Positions 54,238-64,000 of a stretch of 64,000 nucleotides of DNA are shown here, piece after piece. Made by a program: the position numbers and the translations under genes. Numbering within the stretch: the stretch's first letter is position 1; every line of letters begins with the position of its first letter. Source of the stretch: Phoronis australis (Eukaryota > Animalia > Phoronida); assembly GCA_002633005.1 (NCBI GenBank), contig NMRA01000036.1:788440-852439 (forward strand), in the 5' to 3' direction. The notes beneath the pieces are model-generated. The model saw only the letters and a program-made list of their open reading frames with translations. It had not been told where the DNA came from and did not search any database.

Positions 54238-55164
54238 CTGAAAAAAAGAACTGCTTGATCAACATTAGTTTCTGTATCCCCTTTGTCATACAAATTGGGA
54301 AATGACTTAACCATTCAGACTTTCAAACGGGGGAAACCCATCATGATATTAAGAGAAGATATTAAAACAGTACGCCACGCTACCTTCTTTTGATGTAATC
54401 GACCTGGAAATTTGAAGAATCTCATTTCAATTATTTGTAACTTTTCCAAATTTTATTTTCAGTAAACCATTTATCTTTCATAAAAGCTGTTGTCGTCTTC
54501 ATAATAGAAATTTGTTTGCCCAAATTCATGAAAAAACATTAAGGAACACTAAAGTGACAGAGACAGCTGTGGTTGGATTTGTCTGGAATTGCTCGTCATC
54601 TGTTGCCATCTACAAGGGAACACATCTGCTTCCTTATTAAAAGCCTATTTGCCAAATTTTATGAAAATCCATCACGGAACACTGGGCACAAAGAAGAAAA
54701 CGTAAAAAAAAATAAAATTGCCAATGGGGGACAAACCAATTGTCGGATTGGTCTGAAACTCATCATTATCTGTTGGCCGCTCTATAAAAACACATCTGCC
54801 ACATACCAGAAAGTGCTTGCAAAGGGTTAAGGAGATGCAGGCGCGGACGCAAAAAAACAAAATCTTCACTAGGTGCGCCAGAGTAGTGAAACCGTCTGAA
54901 AATCAACGGCTGAAGAGGTTGCCTCAATACGAACACACCTGCCTATTTTCATAATGATTCTTCTAACGGTTTAGCAGAAAGAAAGGCGGACGCCAATAAA
55001 CTGGCTCGAAAATTCAAAAAATGACCACTAGGTGACGCAAAATCGTCAAAGTCGTCTGAAAATGGATAATGGTCGTCGTCTCCGTGATGAAAACCTATTT
55101 GCCAAATTTCATGAAAATCCATCCAAGTATTCTAAATATACAAAAGGAAACATTTACTTTGATA

Positions 55165-56861
55165 GGTTGTCGAAAGTGGTTCTACGACTGGAGCTGAAAA
55201 TATATCAGAGGCCAGACTATTCTCTACATGCAGCCAGGGTCATGGGTCGTGTTTGTCGACCAATTTTGCTGGGAATTTCCTGGTTGTCTGGAACAATGCC
55301 TCAAGAGTCTCACTTGATGAAGAAAAGTGAAGCAATGAAATTGCGTTTGACTTGATAAAAACAACTCTTGAACAATGTTGAGTTGAGCAGATAACCGTAA
55401 ATTCACAGCGGCTAGTCTTGGGGTAGCATGCTCTAGTAATAGAATACATAGTTCTGGTGTGGGAGTTAGCATTCCATGCAGCGTTCAAAAAGCTTTTGAT
55501 CTTGTTGATCACTACATACTTTCAAACAAACTGTCGGTTTACAGGATAGGCAAGGTTTTATTGGACTGATTTGGATCATACCTCTCAGAGAGGTGCCAGG
55601 TTGTATCCCTTGGTAGACGTCTGACTGAGTCCCGAGGTATCACACACGGTGTCTCCCAGGGATCCATCCTGGGACCTCTGCTGTTTTTGCTTTTTATAAA
55701 TGATCTCTCTCTGGTCTGCGATAGCACGATTGACATTTATGCAGACGATTCTACTGTCTGCTGTGGCAAACTCACTGTTCACTGTAAAGAACAGACTTCA
55801 GTCTAATTTGGATAAAGTCGCTACCTCTTGTGTTGATAACAAAATGGAAATTAATACTGAAAAAAACAAAATGTATGAGCAACGTCTTAGTAGAAGTGAT
55901 CTTAAACTTAATCTGGCTATTTCGGGTGTGCAGCTCAAACAGATTGACAGTGAAAAGTTACTGAGGGTCACTGTTGACAAGACCCTCAGCTGGTGTAGCC
56001 ACATTAGTGGGACTGTGTCCAAAATTAAACAGCGTCTTGGTCTTCTCCGGCGCATATCACCATTTCTTCCAACAGAAGGGCGTCTGAAATATTCCAGCGC
56101 CTGGGTATTTCCTCTCTTCATTTATTGTAGTACTGTGTGGTCAGGATGCAATGCAAAATTGGTTTCCTGTCTATTGAAGGCTCAGAAGCAGGTGGCTTAT
56201 TCTCAGTGTGCCCATTGACACTCCATCAACTCATATTTTTAACAGACTGGAATGATTGCCTGTTGACAAATATTTTAGGCGTTTGTGCAAAATGCTTAAG
56301 TGTTTTCACAATAAAGTAACAACTTATTTATCTCATTACTTATTACTCGTTTCGAAATACCTACCAAATCAGGACCAGATTTTCTTCCTCAAACCATTTT
56401 GTTATCCCCAGACACAGAACTTCGTTATACTCTATGTCCTTTTTTATTCAAGCCATTCGACAATGGAACGATTTACCAAATAGTCTAAAGGGGGCTGGTG
56501 GTTATGATGACCTCAGACACAAATACATCAGTTACCTGTGGATGTGGTCATCATGACTGTCTCTCCCTTCGTTTTCAGTCATTTGTCCTCCCTTAAGTTC
56601 ATTGTGTATACTTTATAAAGGTTTTGATTCAAATTGTAAATTTAATTCGTAAAATATACATTTAACTTATTGTAACTTCATTTATGATTTAATCTATCTT
56701 AATTTATTTAATTAATTTATTTAATTCATTGCTGTGAGAGGACAATGGTGTATATAAACTTTTGGCTAAAGCATGTTCTTTAAATCTGTTATATTTTATT
56801 CTCTATAAATAGTTTATTATCATTATTATCATTATTATCATTATTATTATTATTATTGTTA

Positions 56862-56923
<62 letters not shown>
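55165..56923 (+). mobile_element. 5'-truncated CR1/L2-group LINE (degenerate RT) with (ATT)n tail
   Basis: KAFDLVDHYIL, GVSQGSILGPLLFLLFINDL, YADD, LQSNLD, KTLSWCSHI..KIKQRLGLLRRI; tail at 56814-56923. Confidence 0.85.
56814..56923. repeat. (ATT)n microsatellite
   Basis: Direct reading; it forms the LINE tail. Confidence 0.95.
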
Positions 56924-57479
56924 GGTGACACCTGTGGTGACACTGTAACGACTGGACTGAATATTGTTAATATTTTGACGCCATTTCTTATATCGATTTC
57001 TTCAAATACGACCTTCCCGCATTACTCTGTGATAGAACCCCCATTTGTTACGGAGACAAGAAAGCGCGTTTTGGAAACCAGACACATTTTCGTGTCTCTC
57101 CTTGATGTCGGGAAGGCGAAGAATTTCAAGTCGCGCACCCACGGTTGTTTTTCTAGTTTATCAAACTTGTTCACATCGGAGTTACAGCCCACAGCAGAGC
57201 ACCGCAGCTACACTTCGTTGGAATTGGAATGACGAATAGAGTAATGCAGCCAAGAAAAACTTGTAAAGAATCAGAAAACAACACATAACATGTGGAGTTC
57301 TAGTGGCACGAAAACGAGGCAGCAAATGTGCTTGACGGGTGTTTACGGCATTGTGGGTAACTACAGCAACATTCGAGTGTTGCTGTATAATCTGGGACGG
57401 CCCTATTCCAGCATATCAATTGTTATGAATGTCTGGACCCTCTTTGTTTTATTGGTGCTATACCATTTGACATTGTCTA

Positions 57480-58605
57480 GTTTAGATTTCTAGTAGATAA
57501 TCATCTGAAAGAAACAGTTTATCCGAGAACATTGGGTTGTTTCCATATACAACCATATAATCCCAAAAATGTTTGCAACTTTGTTCATTAGTCCCCAGAC
57601 CGTATCAAATGTCTGAATTTAGAACTGAATAAAAATCGGGTATAAATAGGTTAAGAAACTTGACACTTTTTGGAAGAATAAGAGTTATGAAATCCAGAAT
57701 TATGCCAAAACCTATACATATTTTTTAGGGTCTCCAGTCCCCTTAACAGGCCTTCCTGAAGCAGCTGAACGAAATGTTCCACTGTTTTGTATGGAACGGT
57801 AAAACGGAAAAAATGTGCCGAGACTGTGGCTCAAGGGCATAATGTTGGTGGAGCCAGAATGATTGACGTCACTTCTTTCATCAAACCCATTAAATTAACT
57901 TGGTTTCACGGACTACTTTGTCAGTGTAATACAAGTCCATGGGCAGTTTTCGCAAATGGTCTGTTATCGAGAGATTCAAACAATTAGTTATTATTCGGAG
58001 ATCTTTATTTCAGAAAGATGTCTCAAATCACTTCTAATTTTTTTGGAAAGTAGTCTTTCAATGTGTACATGAACTCAGATTGTTACTTCTCGAAAACGAT
58101 GCTATTGACCAGCCTCTGTGGCTCAATTCGAACATATTAATAGATATCAAGTTAGTCAGTTTTCCATAAAAATTGGTTTCAAAAAGGCGTAACTCATGTA
58201 CAAGACTTGCTTAATTCTGCTGGTTGTTTCCTTAATTATGAAGAGTTTATACAAAAATTTCACTTTACTCCTCAAGTAACTTTATTTTATGGTCTACGAA
58301 ATTCATTGTACGCTAACCGTAGCCATCTCTAAGAGGGAAAGCATCAAGTAATTTTACTGCTTCGTCCACGAAACATCGGAGTTAGTTTGGGAGATGTCAA
58401 AGGTGCGATTAAAATTTGTCACGTTATTGCCTCTCAATATTGCGAAAAAACAGCGTCAAATGAAGTGGCATGAAAAATTATATCTTTCGGATATTACAGA
58501 ATGGTGGTACAATGTTTTTTCCTATATCTATTCATTCACTGAAGTTTGTCTGAAATGGTTCCAATTTATGTTGGGTCAGAGAATTATAGGCTATAATGAA
58601 TTGAA
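57480..58605 (+). mobile_element. Decayed L1/Tx1-like ORF2 C-terminal fragment
   Basis: FVWNGK, GGARMIDVTSFIKPIKLTWF, PLWLNSNI, WFQKGV, KWFQFMLGQRII motifs across frameshifts; boundaries approximate. Confidence 0.6.
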
Positions 58606-61600
58606 ATCCTTCACTCGGTTTTCATGTATCATCCGGAAACGCTTTCACACAAAACTCCAATAGGAGGCACTGCGGTAACCGAATCCGACCGAAAATCAAA
58701 GTGCCGGCGCAATCTCATTATAAACCTTTTGCTCAAATTGTCAATCGTTTTTAGATATCATTCGGAAACGCTCTTCCCCCAGACAACACTTGAAAAGCCC
58801 ATGTCAAAAACAAAATGGCTACTAGGTGATGCTACAGTGGTCGAATATGCCTGAAAAGTTAATGGTTCCGTTCCATTGTCATCAAAACCTCTGTGTCAAC
58901 GTTCATTGAAATCCTTCACTAATGGTTCTCTACATATCATCCACAAACACCTTTACACAAAATGCCTATTAGGAGACACTGCAGTTGTCAAACACGGCCG
59001 AAAATCAAATAGTGCTGGCGCAATCTCTTAATAGTGTGTCAAGTGTCAATGAAATCTGTCAATCAGTTGTTTGGATATCATAAGGAAACGCTCTTCCCCC
59101 AAACAACATTTCAAATTAAAGCCCATACCGAAAACAAAATGGCCACTAGGAGGTGCAGCTGTGATCGAATCCGCCCGGAAATTTAGTGGTGCCGCCGCAT
59201 TGTATTCACAAACCACTTTTTCAACTTTCATTGAAATCCTTCACACGGTTCTCTACGTATCATCTAGAAATACTCTCACACAAAATTGCCACTAGAAGGC
59301 ACTGTAGTCGTCAAATCTGGCCGAAAATCTATTGGTGCCGGTGAAATCTCATTGTGAGCCTCTGTGTCAAGTGTCAATAAAATCTTTTAATCAGTTCTTT
59401 AGATATCATCCGGAAATGTTCTTCTTCTAAACAACATTTGAAAACCCATGTCCAAACAAATTGGCCACCTGGAGGTGCTGCAGGGGTCGAATCCGCCCGA
59501 AAACTTAATGATGTCGCCGCATTGTCATCGCAAACTCGAAATCATTCACTCGGTTCTCTGCGTATCATCCGAAAACGCTCTCAAACAAAAAGGCCATTAG
59601 GGGACACTGCAGTTGTTGAATCCTGCCGAAAGTCAAATGGTGCTGACGCAATCTCATAATATGCCTCTGTGCCAAGTTTCAATGAAATTTGTCCATTTGA
59701 CATTTAGACATCACCCGGAAACCCTCTTCCCAAAAACAACACTTCAAAAGTCCATGTCGAAAACAAAATGGATACAGTGACAGAATCCACTTGAAAATTT
59801 AATGGTGCCGCCACAGTGTCATCACAAACCTCTTTGTCAACTTTCATTGAAATCCGTCACTCGGCTCTCTGCACGTAATCCGGAAACTCTCTCACGCAAA
59901 ATGGCCACTAGGAGGCAGTGAATTAGTTGGATCCGGCCGAAAAAATGGTGCCGGTCTAATCTCGTCATTTACCATTGTGTCCAGTTTCAATGAAATCCAA
60001 CAGTCGGTTCTCTAGATATCCTCCGGTAACGCTCTCCTCATCAAAAACAACACTAGAAAAGCCCCTCGTCGAGAACAAAATGGCCACTAGGAGGTGCTGT
60101 GGTGGTTGAATTTGGCCGAAAATTTAATCGTGNAATGCTCTTCTTCTAAACAACATTTGAAAACCCATGTCCAAAACAAATTGGCCACCTGGAGGTGCTG
60201 CAGGGGTCGAATCCGCCCGAAAACTTAATGATGTCGCCGCATTGTCATCGCAAACTCGAAATCCTTCACTCGGTTCTCTGCGTATCATCCGAAAACGCTC
60301 TCAAACAAAAAGGCCATTAGTGGACACTGCAGTTGTTGAATCCTACCGGAAGTCAAATGGTGCTGACGCAATCTCATAATATACCTCTGTGCCAAGTTTC
60401 AATGAAATTTGTCCATTTGACATTTAGACATCACCCGGAAACCCTCTTCCCAGAAACAACACTTCAAAAGTCCATGTCGAAAACAAAATGAATACAGTGA
60501 CAGAATCCACTTGAAAATTTAATGGTGCCGCCACAGTGTCATCACAACCCTCTTTGTCAACTTTCATTGAAATCCGTCACTCGGCTCTCTGCACGTAATC
60601 CGGAAACTCTCTCACGCAAAATGGCCACTAGGAGGCAGTGAATTAGTTGGATCCGGCCGAAAAAATGGTGCCGGTCTAATCTCGTCATTTACCATTGTGT
60701 CCAGTTTCAATGAAATCCAACAGTCGGTTCTCTAGATATCCTCCGGTAACGCTCTCCTCATCAAAAACAACACTAGAAAAGCCCCTCGTCGAGAACAAAA
60801 TGGCCACTAGGAGGTGCTGTGGTGGTTGAATTTGGCCGAAAATTTAATCGTGCCGGCTCATTGATACCACACAGCTTTGTGTTAAGTTTCATTGACAGCC
60901 GTCAATCCATTCTCTAGATATCACCCGGGGACGTTCTTCCCTCAAAAATACAAAAAACGCGCTCCCCTTGACTCCAGGGATGGGGCACACTGGAAAGTAG
61001 CATGAATCGGTCTAGTGATGCCAAATTTCATCAGAATCTGACCAGGGGTTTTTGAGATTTAGAGTGGACACCGGGACAGACTGAGGCCAGGATGCCAGGA
61101 CAAAGTGAAGACAACATGCAATTACATATATAGGTGGGCGGATAAAATTGGTGTCGGAGTAGCGCAGAATACGTCAAATGAGAAAATAAAAAACTTGTTG
61201 TCTCTTTAACAAAAACTTATTTACCAAATTTCGCGAAATTCCATCGATAAAATCCAAAGATACAGAGGCACACAAAAATAAAATTGCCTCAAGAGGACAC
61301 AACTGTTGTCAGATGGGTCTGAAACTCATCACCATTCGTTGACATTTCCAGAGAAACATATCAACCAAATTTCACAAACACTCTCCTAAGAGTTATGACA
61401 ATACAGTCACTGACGCAAAAACAAAATTGCCGTTAGGGAGTGTAAGAGCTGTAGAACCCACCCGAAATTCAACGTCAGCTCCCGTCTTCTCGTCAGAAAC
61501 ACATCAAGCAATTTTCATAATGCTCTTTTGAGCAGTTTGGCGGATCGAGAGGCGCTTAAGAAAGACGTACTAAATTTTTAAATAGCCAACAGGTGACGCA

Positions 61601-62310
61601 AACGTCAAATCTGCCCGTAAAATGGGAAGTCGTCGTCGTCTCTTTGATAAAAACCTATATGTCAAATTACAAGAAAATTCAGGGACTCAAAATATACAGA
61701 GACAGACGTATATAAACTAACATTGCCACTAGGGGACACAACAGTAGTCGGGTTAGTCTGAAACTCATCGTCATCTGTTGTCACCTCCATAGGAAGGCCT
61801 CTGTGAAATTTCATAGGTACTGCAAAGTGTAAGGGAGATATACATCTGAAGACGCAAAAAACAAAAATCGCCACTAAGGGGCGCCAATGCAGTCGAACCA
61901 AAATCAACATCAGTCATGGTCTTCTCATAAGAATCATATCTTCTAATGTTCACAATGATCCTTCGAACAGTTTAGTGGATAGAGAAGAGCATGCAAGAAA
62001 CGGAGTACAAAATTTCAGAAGTGTCCACTAGGTGGCGCAGAATAGGTCAAATCAATCCAAAAATTGAAATAAAAATCTATTTGCAAAATTTCATGATAAT
62101 GCACTCAGGAACTCCTAAGATACAGAGGCAAACATAAAATCAATAAAAATGTCACAAGGGGCACAGTGGTACTCTGATCTGTCGCCAACTCCATAGGAGC
62201 GCATGTACCACTTTTCATTATTTCCGACAAGGTGTTTAGGAGATACAGCAGATGACAGCGGACGCCCGGACAGAGATGACGACAATGTACACCGAATATA
62301 TAACACCTGG
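58605..62310 (+). repeat. Array of ~120-bp degenerate units of a Helentron/HINE-like family (also ~1650-2540, 5990-6720, 21140-22740 inverted, 48600-49070, 54480-55150)
   Basis: Recurring AAA(A)TGGCCACTAGG(A/T)GG and CCAAATTTCATGAAAATCC motifs; copies end in GGAC microsatellite + CC(C)ACATAT..TGTGGG hairpin + ATAAAAA (e.g. 6655-6718, 40997-41073). Confidence 0.7.
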
Positions 62311-62447
62311 GCTGAGTTGCATAAAACTTCAAAAGGTATCCTCTAGATAAGTTTGATTGTTGCATGACGTCAGGTGCATTGTTCAACAATAACAACGTGA
62401 CGCGTCATTATTGTTATACGGCGTATAACTTTTATGCAACTGGGCCC
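62309..62447. mobile_element. Small Harbinger-like MITE
   Basis: GGGCTGAGTTGCATAAAA / TTTTATGCAACTGGGCCC TIRs. Confidence 0.6.
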
Positions 62448-62492
62448 TGGTAATATTGTCTTAGTACCGTCGTTAGAATGCGTTGTACTCAC

Positions 62493-62647
62493 TGTGAGGT
62501 AACTGTTCTGCTTGACCCGTGGCTAACCATTTGCCATTCTGAAACTTCCAGTGTTTGTTATCTACAAGGACCATGTCTACGAAGACATTGTACTGACCAT
62601 GAGGGTCAAGGCCAGTCAAGCTGATTTGTAGTGTAGGAAACATCCGC
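62493..62647 (-). CDS. EOMES: Eomes/Tbr1-class T-box factor, first T-box exon in the window (upstream exon(s) right of the window)
   Basis: RMFPTLQISLTGLDPHGQYNVFVDMVLVDNKHWKFQNGKWLATGQAEQLPH; YNVF and HW-FQ-GKW are Tbr1-subfamily features; 155 nt, AG/GT sites. Confidence 0.9.
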
Positions 62648-64000
62648 CTGAAAAAAGTAACCTGGATGAGAAATGAATTGGAAACATCTAACAGGAAACA
62701 GTGATCCATTCTCAATTCAACAACAAGAAAGTCCTAAAAACTACAGTCTAGTGTCATAGACGGCTTTCTTCACGCACGTATTTCTTCTAACAAAGCAACG
62801 CCATTCCTTTCAATTTCTTTGTCTGACTTGAAATTTGGTTTCAATAAAACGCTTGGAATTTCCCTGACAGTCATACTGCTTCTGTGAGTGAAACTTAACA
62901 GCCGTGAAAAGCCTACACATGTATTCATAAGCAATAACGAACTGCAAGTACTTCTCAAGTTTGAAGCTCATTTCTAATCAGAGTAAGGGCAAAGATGACA
63001 TCTTTTTATAGTGGCAATTGGCCTAAAACAAAAGATTGTTTTTGAACAGAAGGCTCCATCGATTTTGATCATTACTAGACCTACCAATTCAAATCAATAT
63101 GAAAACAATCTGTACCTAAATAGAGAATTGGACAAACATTTTTATGTTATGATAAGATTTATAGAACGGTGAACATTCCCGAGTCAATATAGATTGATTA
63201 CGAGAGTGGTATCACGTCATATGGATAGAGGTTGGGCAATGCTTCCGGAAGTCAGATGAAGCAATAAGCCCGAAGGATCGGCCTATTGAATAGGTATATA
63301 TCATACGACCACCCACTCGTCCTCTGAAATATTGACCTCTCATTACATTAAAAAGTTCCTACGGTAAGGCATCGTCTACTCGCTTTGTAGACAGGGGTTG
63401 ATGGTTTTTACAGTATCTAATTGGTCAGGTCGCGAATATCGATATCTGACGCCTAGCTTCGTCAAAAGTACAGATGCTATCATACCGCGTTTAAGCCGCA
63501 GGACAAAAGTATCACAGAAATTGTACTAATTATTTACAACAATCGCTTCTGTAGCAAAGAATTATTCGTATTGACCGGTGCTAGGGTTACGGTGTTTAAT
63601 TGCACTTAAAACGTTTTGTGTTCGCAAGTCACTTCTGAACCACTGCTGCACAAGCACGTCATCGTATTGAAGATCTTGCAAGATCATGTGAGCCATATCG
63701 ACAGATATGAACAGAAAGTGATATATCGCCATAATTGTAACGGGGTCCGGTTTTATGAGCCTTTCTCTATGCGAATAGTATGGAGAAATGTCAAAGAAAA
63801 CCTACTGACTGCACAATTCTAATCTGATGTTGTCCAGTAAGGAAAGTCACGCTGATTGCATCGGATGCAAACGATGTAGTCTTCAGATCGTCACTCCTGA
63901 ATAACGGACAACCAAAACACAACAATGTGCTAAATTTACGTTATTACAAGAACAGCGCTACGAGCGTCAACTACCTGTATGACATAGGCTTCAGTAACGG

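Noticed and set aside
59415-60852. ~718-bp near-identical tandem duplication
   Set aside because: The copies meet exactly at a single N (60133) and differ by a few SNPs, the same signature as at 8233; probably uncollapsed alleles

Overview
Eukaryotic, AT-rich, repeat-dense invertebrate genomic DNA (the repeat types suggest a mollusc or other lophotrochozoan; this is inference). Three intron-containing genes could be built exon by exon. (1) RACK1/GNB2L1 on the minus strand: exons 1-5 at 13960-2782, with the 3' exons outside the window to the left. (2) A complete 7-exon PP2A catalytic subunit gene on the plus strand (14399-28763, 314 aa), head-to-head with RACK1 across only 438 bp. (3) An Eomes/Tbr1-class T-box gene on the minus strand (62647-32570, first exon outside to the right), convergent with PP2A. 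RACK1 intron 4 has a GC donor and hosts a SNORD96-like C/D snoRNA with a compensatory C/D box change. PP2A's last acceptor is tandemly triplicated; one copy could give a tail-less PP2A-C using a LINE-derived poly(A) signal. Introns are filled with MITEs (hAT-, Merlin-, Harbinger-, Tc/mariner-, Kolobok-like), decayed LINEs, a mini-Gypsy, SINE heads, CTCF-motif-rich Helentron-like arrays and satellites. Single-N junctions at 8233, 11281 and 60133 flank duplicated sequence and are probably assembly or haplotype artefacts.
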